Source: a virus. From it: a stretch of DNA of 64,000 bases. The notes beneath the pieces are model-generated. The model had not been told where the DNA came from, did not search any database, and saw only the letters and a list, made by a program, of their open reading frames with translations. The stretch spans positions 32,001-96,000 of the IMG/VR virus record IMGVR_UViG_3300032267_001142; one strand, 5' to 3'. A program made the translations under genes and the position numbers. Below, piece by piece: positions 1-9,123 of this stretch (within the stretch, counting starts at the first letter, position 1; the number at the start of each line of letters is the position of its first letter).

Positions 1-133
1 TAATGGTCATCTCTGGAGCTTTCTCTTCTGGACTGTCACATAACCCATCGCATCCTCTCGGTTTAGCCCACCTAAGTTTATACTTCTTCTTGTTGAAGGT
101 GTGGGTTTTAACTTTAGGAATCAATCTCTTCAT
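1..133 (-). CDS. Hypothetical protein, partial (runs off left edge); not in supplied ORF track
   Basis: Manual translation from ATG at 133: MKRLIPKVKTHTFNKKKYKLRWAKPRGCDGLCDSPEEKAPEMTI, open to the window edge; divergent from the + strand operon. Confidence 0.6.
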   Translation of the reverse strand, partial: MKRLIPKVKTHTFNKKKYKLRWAKPRGCDGLCDSPEEKAPEMTI

Positions 134-136
134 GGG

Positions 137-164
137 TTGAAGTTCTGAGGTTTTTCTTTATAAT
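137..164 (+). promoter_or_regulatory. Host sigma70-type promoter
   Basis: TTGAAG (137-142), 16-bp spacer, TATAAT (159-164), 9 nt before ATG at 174. Confidence 0.65.
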
Positions 165-173
165 TAAGTGAAT

Positions 174-566
174 ATGAATACTGAAAAATTTAGTGCGGCG
201 GTAGCCTTCTTGATGCTCGCGTGGTTTTACACTACTGTCTTAATAGACTACGCCAAACTTTTCAAAATTGAAAATGTTTTCAAAAATAAGGAATGGGAAG
301 CCTTCGTAATGCGGCAAAAGTTACCGCAAGACATCAAATACCCGCTCTTTTTGCGAGAAGTCTTTCCGTGCTGGTTAACTAAGCTTCTCGGATGCCCGAT
401 ATGCCTGTCTGGGTTCTCGCATGGCTTGTCAGCGCTCCTTTCTATAATTTGCGGCGCTAATGCTTACTGTAGTTTGGTGGATGCTTTTTATGGCGCGTGG
501 CTAACGATAATTTTGTTTTTTATTTCGGAACTCCTATTGAAAAAAGTGTATTACGAAGGAAAATAG
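174..566 (+). CDS. Membrane protein, DUF1360-like
   Basis: N- and C-terminal hydrophobic helices, LLGCPICLS motif; ATG 174 preferred over GTG 168. Confidence 0.5.
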   Translation: MNTEKFSAAVAFLMLAWFYTTVLIDYAKLFKIENVFKNKEWEAFVMRQKLPQDIKYPLFLREVFPCWLTKLLGCPICLSGFSHGLSALLSIICGANAYCSLVDAFYGAWLTIILFFISELLLKKVYYEGK

Positions 567-572
567 TGTAAA
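566..572 (+). promoter_or_regulatory. Putative phage late promoter GTGTAAA
   Basis: Recurrent intergenic motif; 25 nt from motif start to ATG 591. Confidence 0.6.
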
Positions 573-590
573 CACAAACTGAACATAAAA

Positions 591-1013
591 ATGCCTGTAA
601 TATACTGCTCATCTTGCGGTTCGCCTAATAAATACGATTTCTCGAAACCGGAGAAATGTTCTGAATGTCACGGAGACGTGTCATCTTTCGTTACGACCTC
701 GCCAAAGAAATACACTGAAGCTAGCGCCGTCGCTCCCGTAAGAAAAGTTCAGCCCAAACTGCCGCGTTATCATAATGACGATGAACCATTGGACGACGAA
801 TTAGATTTCGTAGATTTCTCTTCCATAAAGAAACTTGAAGTAAAAATCAACATTCCAGAGCGGGAAATCGTTAAGGCTAGCGACGTCGTTGGGACAGGCC
901 CTTCTGGCTTCCAGTCAGAAAAGAAGAGGAAGAGAAGCAGTAATAAAGTCCTAGAAGATTTTCGCGAAAAGATATCCGGCAGAACGGTGATTGACATTGG
1001 CGAAGATGAGTAA
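591..1013 (+). CDS. Double zinc-ribbon protein
   Basis: CSSC and CSEC pairs in the first 30 aa, acidic/basic low-complexity remainder. Confidence 0.6.
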   Translation: MPVIYCSSCGSPNKYDFSKPEKCSECHGDVSSFVTTSPKKYTEASAVAPVRKVQPKLPRYHNDDEPLDDELDFVDFSSIKKLEVKINIPEREIVKASDVVGTGPSGFQSEKKRKRSSNKVLEDFREKISGRTVIDIGEDE

Positions 1014-1719
1014 TTCAACCGAAGAAGTTGCTATTTTGACTAATACACGAACATTCGAGGAGTGCTATCCAGAGATAGAGGCGATTATCGAAAAGAAGAG
1101 GGGAAGTTGGACGTATAAAGCCGACTTAATGATGGACTTTGATGATGTAAAGATGCAAATTATCGCCCACATCAACGCTCAGTGGCCAAAATATGACCAA
1201 GCGAGACATTTGGGTGGGTGGGTGAGCACTATCTTCAAGAGAAAGTTCATTAACTTATTGCGCGACCTTTATATGTCGACAAGCTCTCCGTGCAATCGTT
1301 GCGCGTGTAATCTTGGCAATTCCATTTGCTCTATGTATGGCGAGCAAGGGGTCGAGTGCCCGTTATACGCGAAATGGAGCAAGAGTAAAAGACACTCTCA
1401 CGAAGTGAGGATGCCACTTCCTTTAGAAAACCATATTCAGGAAGTCTGCGCCATTCCTCAAGAATCCCTCGATTTAGATAGGGCGGCAGAAGGCTTACAC
1501 GCGAAGATTAAAGAGAAGCTCACCCAAAGCGAGTGGGAGGTTTATAGGCGTTTGTATATCGAAGGTCAGGATGAAGCCAAAATAGCTGAAGAATTAGGAT
1601 TCAAGACTACAGAATCAGGGCGCAAAAGGGGATACAAGAGGATACTTCAAGTCAAGGCGCTGGCGTATAAACACGGTTCCGAAATACTTAAGAACGACGG
1701 AATAGAAGGTCTTTATTAG
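1006..1719 (+). CDS. Phage RNA polymerase sigma factor (ECF-like) with Cys-rich insertion
   Basis: Region-2-like LGGWVSTIFKRKFINLLRD; region-4 HTH KLTQSEWEVYRRLYIEGQDEAKIAEELGF; ATG 1006 overlaps the upstream stop region. Confidence 0.75.
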   Translation: MSNSTEEVAILTNTRTFEECYPEIEAIIEKKRGSWTYKADLMMDFDDVKMQIIAHINAQWPKYDQARHLGGWVSTIFKRKFINLLRDLYMSTSSPCNRCACNLGNSICSMYGEQGVECPLYAKWSKSKRHSHEVRMPLPLENHIQEVCAIPQESLDLDRAAEGLHAKIKEKLTQSEWEVYRRLYIEGQDEAKIAEELGFKTTESGRKRGYKRILQVKALAYKHGSEILKNDGIEGLY

Positions 1720-1724
1720 AATTC

Positions 1725-2867
1725 ATGGCTGGAGAACCTTTCGATTTTGAAGTAGACCCTTTCGCGGACGACTCTCTTCCTGCTGTATCTATATCAACCG
1801 GCCCATACGAGTTGACCGATGACGAAAAGAAGAAAGCTTTAGACGCCTGGAACTCCGGAAAGAGCAAGCTCAAAGATATCATAGTTGCATCAGTCGGCCC
1901 GAACTACGACGGACGTAGTCGTCAAGGATTAGCCGTAAAATCTTATCTCGCCTCCCTCAAAATCTCTCCTACGCCAGCTCAGGAATACCAGAGGAAGACT
2001 GATGATATGGAGCTTACGGAGGCTCACAAAGAGTATATCCGCAATCATGCCGCTACCAACACGGCGTTGGCCCTAGCTAGAGAAATTTACAACGACCCTT
2101 CACTACAGCACCTTTCTGCTAAAGCCCGCGTAGTGAACACTTTCTACAACTCTCTGGACCCATCATTGAGGATGAAGAGTAATGTAGTCGAAAACCCTGA
2201 CTACAACCCTCCTAGGAGCGTCGAACAGACCGTCTACCGCATAAACAAATATGTGCTAGACGCTATTGACCCGAAGAACCTTTCCGAAAAAAATAAAGCG
2301 TGCATTACCGCACTGACTAGGTATATGCACGTTCACCAATACCTTTTCAGCATTAGGGAATACACGGACAAAACTGAAAGAGAGCTTTTTGAATCCGCAT
2401 ACGTCCGCTTCTGTTACGACAAGCCCGATTTAAGCGAGGAAGAGATAACCCTTTATCTAAACCTTTGTTCCGATATCGTCAATCTGAAAAGGCTTCAGAA
2501 AGACCTCACGGGACTCATCGCGGTTCGAGACGAAGTGCTAGATGAGACGAAAAAGATGCCGATGCCAATAGTGGAGGCTATTGGAAAGACGTATAAAGAA
2601 ATCGACGACAACCAGAAACGGCAAAAGGTCATCTCTGATACCTTGAGCGGTAAGCGCTCTGAGAGAATGGCAAAGAGAAAGCAAGAGACCGCTAGCGTTT
2701 TGCAGTTAGTAGAGATGTGGAAAAACGAAGAGCACCGCTTACAGCTAATAAAGCTTGCGGAGGCTAGAAAAAACAAAATCAAAGATGAGGTCCAGCGTCT
2801 AGAGACGATGGAAGACTTGAGATTCCAGCTTTGGGGAATCGGAAAAGAAGAGCTACTGAACTACTAA
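1725..2867 (+). CDS. Hypothetical protein, candidate terminase small subunit
   Basis: Immediately upstream of terL (1-nt gap); helical N-terminus and long C-terminal coiled coil; assignment is positional only. Confidence 0.4.
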   Translation: MAGEPFDFEVDPFADDSLPAVSISTGPYELTDDEKKKALDAWNSGKSKLKDIIVASVGPNYDGRSRQGLAVKSYLASLKISPTPAQEYQRKTDDMELTEAHKEYIRNHAATNTALALAREIYNDPSLQHLSAKARVVNTFYNSLDPSLRMKSNVVENPDYNPPRSVEQTVYRINKYVLDAIDPKNLSEKNKACITALTRYMHVHQYLFSIREYTDKTERELFESAYVRFCYDKPDLSEEEITLYLNLCSDIVNLKRLQKDLTGLIAVRDEVLDETKKMPMPIVEAIGKTYKEIDDNQKRQKVISDTLSGKRSERMAKRKQETASVLQLVEMWKNEEHRLQLIKLAEARKNKIKDEVQRLETMEDLRFQLWGIGKEELLNY

Positions 2868-2868
2868 T

Positions 2869-4746
2869 ATGGCTTGGGAAGAGGGAGCACAACAAAAACT
2901 AATCGCACCGATTTCTGACTATAATCAGGTCGCTAAGCTTCTTAAAGGTAACTTGGACGATAAAAAGGCCAAGATAACTCTAGCTACCTTTCTGAGGAGA
3001 AATCTAGGCTTCACATTCGAGTTGATGTCAGGGATGAGACTTCTTCCTCAACAGGAGATTGTTCTCAAGTCCCTGTTTATGAGGGACAACGGATTAGTCG
3101 TCGCGGGTCGAGGTTACGGTAAATCTACGTTGATTGCGATGTTTTGCACTCTTTTCCCGATATTCTGTCAACGAGCAAAAATCTGCTTAATTTCGGCGAA
3201 CTTTCGAGGCGCTCGACGAATCTTCGACGAAGCCGAAAAGATGGTAAAAGGAGAAAAGGCACACTTACTAAGGGAGTGTTTCTCGTCGGAGCCTAGCAAA
3301 AAGAACGACATCATGTCTTGGAAACTAGACAACGGCTCCGATATTTTCGCTCTACCGCTTTCTTCTGGGGATGGTCTCCGAGGAACTAGAGCGTCTGTCG
3401 TGTTCGTTGACGAAGGATTGTTGATTAGCGAGGAGATTCAGAAGAAGATTATCAGACCCTTCTTGACCGCTCGCCAGAACTATCTCGAAGAGGTGGAAAC
3501 GAAAGAAGCGGAGGATGAGCTAATTAAAGCTGGGCTCCTTACTGAATCTGATAGAGTTTCATTTCCGAAGAACAAATATCTGATATGCAGCTCCGCAAGC
3601 TACGACTTTGACTATCTGTATAGCATCTACAGGGACTATATCAACAACATAATGCAGCCACCCGAGATAACAGAGCGAGGCGAAAGCCCTCCTACTTATT
3701 TCGTAGTTAGGTCATCTTATGAATCTCTACCTGATGACTCTTTCATCGACCACGCCGCCATTGAATCGGCAAAAGCCAATGGTGGAGAGGACAGCGACTA
3801 TTTCAAACGAGAATACAGAGCGATGTTCTCTAATGGCGGAGACAGCTTCTTCAACCCGAAGAACATGAAAGAATGCACGGTTCTTGACGGTAGTGAGCCG
3901 ACGGTTTTGTTAAGAGGGAAATCTAACGAGTCCTACGGTCTGGCAATCGACCCCTCCTATTCTGAATCTAAATCTTCCGACTTTTTCGCTATTGGCGTAT
4001 ACGCAATACACGCAGAAAATAAGTCGATGACGCTAGTGCATTCTTACGGCGTTGCGGGACGCAATCTGAGCGAGCACTACAAGTATCTCTTGTATCTGCT
4101 CACTCACTTTAACATAGAATGGATTACTATTGACGCGTCCGGTTCCGAATTTATAGACTCGTTCAATCAATCTTCGATAGCGCAAGAGGCGGGAATAAAG
4201 CTGTCGTTCCTGACTGCGGAACTCCACAAGGAAGACCCTAAAGACTACCAAGAGCAGCTAAGAAAGTTCAAAAGCGAATACAATGTCCAAGCTCGCCGAT
4301 ACGTTTATCGACAGCCGTTCTCCAGCCCGACGATTCGTATGATGAACGAACGCCTACAAGCCGGAATTGGAGAAAAGAAGGTTTGGTGGGCGTCGAGACT
4401 TAATATGGACGAGTCCGCATTCCAGCGGGCAATATCTCATCCGCCTTCGTATTTTCCTCCTGACGCCTCCGGTAAAGACATTTCGATATCGGAATTCATT
4501 GACATGCAGGATGACTGGCAAAATGAGACCAAGAAGCAGCTTTCTTTGATTGAGGTTAGCTCGACTGCTAATGGCCATATGCAGTTTGACCTGCCCAACC
4601 ATATTCGCAAAAGTAAGTCAACTACTAAACCGAGACGAGATAATTATACTTGTATGCTTATGGCTTACATGATGATTAAACACTATACGGACATGCTAAA
4701 CCTAAAAGAAGTTAATTCGTCGGGCTTCGTGCCGTTCGCTATCTAA
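2869..4746 (+). CDS. terL: Terminase large subunit
   Basis: Walker A AGRGYGKS, Walker B VFVDEG, RNase H-like LAIDPS, C-terminal RRDNY; upstream of portal. Confidence 0.92.
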   Translation: MAWEEGAQQKLIAPISDYNQVAKLLKGNLDDKKAKITLATFLRRNLGFTFELMSGMRLLPQQEIVLKSLFMRDNGLVVAGRGYGKSTLIAMFCTLFPIFCQRAKICLISANFRGARRIFDEAEKMVKGEKAHLLRECFSSEPSKKNDIMSWKLDNGSDIFALPLSSGDGLRGTRASVVFVDEGLLISEEIQKKIIRPFLTARQNYLEEVETKEAEDELIKAGLLTESDRVSFPKNKYLICSSASYDFDYLYSIYRDYINNIMQPPEITERGESPPTYFVVRSSYESLPDDSFIDHAAIESAKANGGEDSDYFKREYRAMFSNGGDSFFNPKNMKECTVLDGSEPTVLLRGKSNESYGLAIDPSYSESKSSDFFAIGVYAIHAENKSMTLVHSYGVAGRNLSEHYKYLLYLLTHFNIEWITIDASGSEFIDSFNQSSIAQEAGIKLSFLTAELHKEDPKDYQEQLRKFKSEYNVQARRYVYRQPFSSPTIRMMNERLQAGIGEKKVWWASRLNMDESAFQRAISHPPSYFPPDASGKDISISEFIDMQDDWQNETKKQLSLIEVSSTANGHMQFDLPNHIRKSKSTTKPRRDNYTCMLMAYMMIKHYTDMLNLKEVNSSGFVPFAI

Positions 4747-4753
4747 AGTCATC

Positions 4754-5671
4754 ATGAAATGTAAAATCTGCGGCGAAGAATTCGTCGAACCTTCTAAATT
4801 CCATCGGCATTTACCGTCCAAGCACAAAACGACGATGGAGAAGTATTACCATCAGTATCATCCGCGCCATGACCTACTGACTGGTGACCCGATTCTTTTC
4901 AAGAGTTACGATTGGTACTTCTCTTCGTTATTCAATAGTCGCTCGAACATGATTACTTTTTTCAAAAGTCATCCGAACCGTAAGGAAGAAATTTGCGCTA
5001 GGTTGATTAAGTTAGCCAAGAAAAGAAAGCAGCTCACGACCGCTCCTGATACGGTATACTCTAGGACTTCGATGCTCTTGACTCCAGCCCAGATAGCCAA
5101 AATCGGTTTGGATTACTCCTCCTTATGCGCCGCCGAAGATTTGAAGCTGACTCGTGATTACTCTATCCGCAGTATCGCAGGAAAGATTCCGGAAGATTTT
5201 GAGATAACGGTAGATACCAGAGAGCAGAAGCCTTTGGCATTCAGTGGTTTCCGATTAGTCGCTGATAAGCTCGACTTTGGAGATTACGCCTCAATTTCTC
5301 ATTTCAAGAGAGTCTTTGTAGAGAGGAAGAGCCTATCAGATTTATGCGGGACTCTTTCTGGAGGGTTTGAGCGTTTCCAAAACGAAATAAAAAGAGCGGC
5401 GGAGATGTCTTGCAATTTGGTCGTCGTGTGCGAATCTCCTATAGAGGATTTAGTCAATCTTTCTAGTTCTGTGAAGTTTACAAAAGCCTCTTCGGAGTTC
5501 ATATGTCACCGTGTTAGAGAGCTATTAAGCGCGTTTAATAACCTACAGTTCTTATTTTTGAAAAGCCGTCAAGACATGGAGATTATAGTGCCTAAGCTGC
5601 TTTATGCCGATTTCGATTTCTTCAAAGCCGACCTTCAGTATATTTATGATTGTGGCGGACTGCAAGCCTAA
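4754..5671 (+). CDS. C2H2 zinc finger + ERCC4/XPF-family nuclease
   Basis: CKIC-x12-H-x4-H at the N-terminus; VDTREQ, GDY, VERKSLSDLCGTL, RF motifs of the ERCC4 domain. Confidence 0.8.
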   Translation: MKCKICGEEFVEPSKFHRHLPSKHKTTMEKYYHQYHPRHDLLTGDPILFKSYDWYFSSLFNSRSNMITFFKSHPNRKEEICARLIKLAKKRKQLTTAPDTVYSRTSMLLTPAQIAKIGLDYSSLCAAEDLKLTRDYSIRSIAGKIPEDFEITVDTREQKPLAFSGFRLVADKLDFGDYASISHFKRVFVERKSLSDLCGTLSGGFERFQNEIKRAAEMSCNLVVVCESPIEDLVNLSSSVKFTKASSEFICHRVRELLSAFNNLQFLFLKSRQDMEIIVPKLLYADFDFFKADLQYIYDCGGLQA

Positions 5672-5676
5672 GTTCA

Positions 5677-5683
5677 GTGTAAA
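5677..5683 (+). promoter_or_regulatory. Putative late promoter GTGTAAA (portal)
   Basis: Intergenic, 21 nt from motif start to ATG 5698. Confidence 0.65.
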
Positions 5684-5697
5684 TAGCTAACGGTATC

Positions 5698-7635
5698 ATG
5701 TCAAAAGTCAAGAAATCCATCAAAAAACAAACAGCCGCATCTATCGGAAGCAATATCACGCTGAAAGATTTGGCGGATGATGGCGGAAGAGGTATGATTT
5801 TCGCAGACACCGAAAAGCCGATGAGGGTTTCCGCTTCTCGTTCTGTAGCTAAGTCGCGGGTCAACAAGTGGTTACAATCCGAAAACGACTCTCTTTATCC
5901 GAATATCCGCACATTAGTTGACCCTATTTCTTCCAACGGAGGAGACTCCGTAGATGCTAGGGACGCTATCATGCTATGCCAGAAAGCGTATCGAGGCTTT
6001 CCGTTACTCAGGAACATTATCGACGTGATGACGGAGCTTTGCAACAGCCGACTTTTCTTAAAAGGGGGCAATAAAAGCACCAGAGATTACATCATGGGAT
6101 GGTGGGATACTATCAATATTTGGCAGTTGCGAGAGCAATTTTTCCGCGAATTTTTCCGTTCGGGCAATGTTTTCATTTACAGGCTAGAGGGGCAGTTTAA
6201 GCGTAGCGACCAACTAAAGCTAGCTCAGTCTTTCGGCTCGGTTCGAGATGACGCCAAAGTCCCTGTAAAATACATGATATTAGACCCTAAAGAAATCAAA
6301 ATTGACTCAAACGTCTCGCTTCAGGAGCCGATATACCAAAAGATTCTAAACTCTTTTGAACTGTCCAGAATCATCAAGCCCCAGACTCCCGACGACAAAG
6401 CGATAAGAGACTCCTTGAGTCCCGAATCTCTAAGGGCACTAAGAGATAACGTCTCTTCTTCGATGCCGCTGGACCCCAAGTCTATCGTCGCTGTCTTCTA
6501 TAAAAAACAGCCATACGAAGCTTTTGCTGTTCCTTTTGCGTTTCCTGTCTTAAGGGATATCGACGCTAAGCTTGAGTTGAAGTCGATTGATATGCGCGTA
6601 GCTAGGCAGCTAGAGCGAGCGTTCCTTCTCATTACTGCTGGAGCCAAGATAGAAGATGGAGGCGTCAGCGCCGCAACGATGCAGGCGCTACAAAATCTTT
6701 TCGCAAACGAGTCTCTAGTAAGGACTTTGGTGGCCGATTACACCGTAAAAGCTGAATGGCTGATTCCTGATGTTAACAAAGTCCTTGGCACCGCAAAATA
6801 TGAGCAGCTAGATAAGGATATCGCCGCTGGATTGAACGCCATACTGTTCTCCCAATCCGAAGCTTTCGCGAACACTAGCATCAAAGTGCAGGTCTTTATT
6901 GAGCGGCTAAAGGAAGCTAGGCAGGCTTTCTTGACCAGCTTTTTGATTCCTGAAATAAAGAGGCTCTGCATTGCTATTAACGCAAAATCATGTCCCGAGC
7001 CCCTATTCGAGGAATTGAATCTAAAGGACGAACTGCAATACTGCAAGATGTTCACTACTCTGGCTCAGTTTGGCCTTCTCACTCCAAAGGAGCTTTTTGA
7101 GGCTATCGACGGTGGAAAGCTTCCTAATCCAGAAGAAAGCCTTGCTAACCAAGAGGAGTTCCTCGGTCAGAAGGAGCGCGGATTCTACGCGCCGTTAGTG
7201 ATGTCTGGCAATTCCGATAATACAGATAAAGGAGGTAGACCTCAAGGCTCCAAAGCTCCTCAATCTACAAAAGAGATTACTCCTATCGGCCAATCTAACG
7301 CTTCTATCGGTTTTGGCGTCAAGGCTTTTGCGGAAAACTTGGAGAAACTAAATGACCTTCATCAAACCGTGGCGACAGAACTAAGAAAGACCTTCAAAGT
7401 CAGAAAGTTCAACGATATTCAAAATAGAGCCTGTAAGAGTCTTACGGAGGTCATCGTAGCCAACGAACCTGTTGAAAATTGGCATACCTCTATAGCTAAC
7501 TATATAGGCTCCGACAAAGTTGCTCCCGACGAGTTCGAGAAAGAAGTTGATTCAATAATCGGAGAATACGGAGTGGATAAACTAACGGCTATCGCCCTCA
7601 AACTCTCGAAAACGACTATTCCAGATGGACAATAG
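5698..7635 (+). CDS. Portal protein
   Basis: Position after terL; 645 aa; FFRSGNVFIYR and PFAFPVLRDI segments typical of portals. Confidence 0.8.
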   Translation: MSKVKKSIKKQTAASIGSNITLKDLADDGGRGMIFADTEKPMRVSASRSVAKSRVNKWLQSENDSLYPNIRTLVDPISSNGGDSVDARDAIMLCQKAYRGFPLLRNIIDVMTELCNSRLFLKGGNKSTRDYIMGWWDTINIWQLREQFFREFFRSGNVFIYRLEGQFKRSDQLKLAQSFGSVRDDAKVPVKYMILDPKEIKIDSNVSLQEPIYQKILNSFELSRIIKPQTPDDKAIRDSLSPESLRALRDNVSSSMPLDPKSIVAVFYKKQPYEAFAVPFAFPVLRDIDAKLELKSIDMRVARQLERAFLLITAGAKIEDGGVSAATMQALQNLFANESLVRTLVADYTVKAEWLIPDVNKVLGTAKYEQLDKDIAAGLNAILFSQSEAFANTSIKVQVFIERLKEARQAFLTSFLIPEIKRLCIAINAKSCPEPLFEELNLKDELQYCKMFTTLAQFGLLTPKELFEAIDGGKLPNPEESLANQEEFLGQKERGFYAPLVMSGNSDNTDKGGRPQGSKAPQSTKEITPIGQSNASIGFGVKAFAENLEKLNDLHQTVATELRKTFKVRKFNDIQNRACKSLTEVIVANEPVENWHTSIANYIGSDKVAPDEFEKEVDSIIGEYGVDKLTAIALKLSKTTIPDGQ

Positions 7636-7963
7636 AATTCGACTATCTCAAATATATCTTCCCGAGCTTTATGATTATCTGCAAAAACAGTTTGCGGTGT
7701 TCAGTAACGCGAGCGGCAGCAGTGGGTATATCCAAAGCTTCAATAGAACTCTCAATTCGGGAGTATCATCTCAGCGTATAACGCTTCCAACGCCGTATTC
7801 TGGCAGTTTACCGGTAGTTACGACTACCCTCGTTCATCCTTCCGGTTCGCCGATTATAGCTCACGGCATTGATGTAAAGACTGGATATTTTGATATTTTC
7901 TTAACTGCGGCTATTCCTTCGAGCGGTTACAGCGTAAATGTTTTAGTCGGGACTCGTATGTAG
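7625..7963 (+). CDS. Hypothetical small protein, probably structural
   Basis: 112 aa, beta-rich C-terminus, overlaps portal stop. Confidence 0.5.
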   Translation: MDNRIRLSQIYLPELYDYLQKQFAVFSNASGSSGYIQSFNRTLNSGVSSQRITLPTPYSGSLPVVTTTLVHPSGSPIIAHGIDVKTGYFDIFLTAAIPSSGYSVNVLVGTRM

Positions 7964-7969
7964 TGTAAA
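7963..7969 (+). promoter_or_regulatory. Putative late promoter GTGTAAA (lysis cassette)
   Basis: Intergenic, 14 nt from motif start to GTG 7977. Confidence 0.6.
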
Positions 7970-7976
7970 TAAAATA

Positions 7977-8213
7977 GTGAGAGTCGCGTTTTTTACATTT
8001 TTAGTTTGTCTGAGTTTCTCCGGCTGTGCTACGCGTGACACCGGAGCTGGTCAGAAATTAGTCAATGAGCAGGTGAGCTATAACGCTTATGCCGTTGATG
8101 ATAGCATTCGGTTGGGCAGATTTGACTTGGCTAAAAAATACAGCGGTCAAACAGTTAGACTTATAGCTCCTCCAGAAAAACGGGCTGTCATTAGGGCTAT
8201 TTATGAAGATTAG
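7977..8213 (+). CDS. Lipoprotein, o-spanin candidate
   Basis: Signal peptide with lipobox FSG-C; sits in the holin/endolysin cluster. Confidence 0.55.
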   Translation: MRVAFFTFLVCLSFSGCATRDTGAGQKLVNEQVSYNAYAVDDSIRLGRFDLAKKYSGQTVRLIAPPEKRAVIRAIYED

Positions 8214-8703
8214 TGTGTTCATTTTAGCTTTTCTTTTACTTCTCGCTCCTCATGTTGAAGCGAGAAAGCCAGTCGTCGTGCTTCCTCAAGAATTCGCCGG
8301 AAGAACGGTCTATATCGAAGGCTCTACAGAGTTTTATAAACTGGTTCAAGGCCATACCGAGTTGGAGAAGCAACTGGAAGAAGAGAAGCGCGAGTTTGAG
8401 GCTTCCGTCAAGCTAAATGATGAAGCCCTACGCCAGAGAGAGAAAGACATAGAGTCTCTTCGTGAGAGTCTAGCTAAAGCTCGCTCAGAAAAGAGCTTTC
8501 TTTCTAGTTTATTTAAGTGGAGCTGGGGCTTGTTCGGGTTGTCTATTCTCGCTTTGGGCGTTTTGTGCGTTTTCAACCCTGCTATTTTAGTAAGCATCAT
8601 CAACGTCACTGTCAATATTGTAAAATTCGTGGCGAGGTTTTTCGGAAAGGCTGTCGACGGATTAGACAAAATTACTTCCGCCGCAAGTAAAACTCAACAC
8701 TAA
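8203..8703 (+). CDS. Coiled-coil membrane protein, i-spanin candidate
   Basis: N-terminal signal/TM, central coiled coil, C-terminal hydrophobic helices; overlaps the lipoprotein gene. Confidence 0.45.
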   Translation: MKISVFILAFLLLLAPHVEARKPVVVLPQEFAGRTVYIEGSTEFYKLVQGHTELEKQLEEEKREFEASVKLNDEALRQREKDIESLRESLAKARSEKSFLSSLFKWSWGLFGLSILALGVLCVFNPAILVSIINVTVNIVKFVARFFGKAVDGLDKITSAASKTQH

Positions 8704-8713
8704 CTAATACCAT

Positions 8714-9121
8714 ATGGAAATCCAAGACTTCAAAGAGCCGGTAAGGCGACTAAAAAAATCAGCAACATGGCAGCGCATCACGGTAGCTCTGTTGGGTATC
8801 GCTGTAGAAGTTGGTATTTGGCAGTGGGCGGTTTGGCATCTATATTCACTTCCTCCGGAATCCGTGTCATCGTTTACGACTATCACAGTAAACTGTTTTT
8901 ATGTCATCGCTGCTCTGGTCCTGTTCTTCGTTACAGGCAAGTTGATTTACGACCTCAAAGTCGACACAGTCGCCCAAGTAGTGACTGAAGGCAAAGCTCT
9001 CATCGAGAAGAAGTATGAGAAAATCGAAAAACTTGAACACGTCATAATAGAAGGAGACGTCGGCGCTCCTGAAAGGCGACCTTTTAACCCTGACTCTAAA
9101 CACGACGAAGAGGAGGCTTAA
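8714..9121 (+). CDS. Holin candidate
   Basis: Two TM segments, charged C-terminal tail, directly upstream of endolysin. Confidence 0.55.
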   Translation: MEIQDFKEPVRRLKKSATWQRITVALLGIAVEVGIWQWAVWHLYSLPPESVSSFTTITVNCFYVIAALVLFFVTGKLIYDLKVDTVAQVVTEGKALIEKKYEKIEKLEHVIIEGDVGAPERRPFNPDSKHDEEEA

Positions 9122-9123
9122 TT

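Noticed and set aside
4723-4737. GFVPF at the C-terminus of TerL, similar to the TMP GFVPNF motif
   Set aside because: Lacks the Asn, is a single terminal copy, and hydrophobic F-x-P-F tails are plausible by chance
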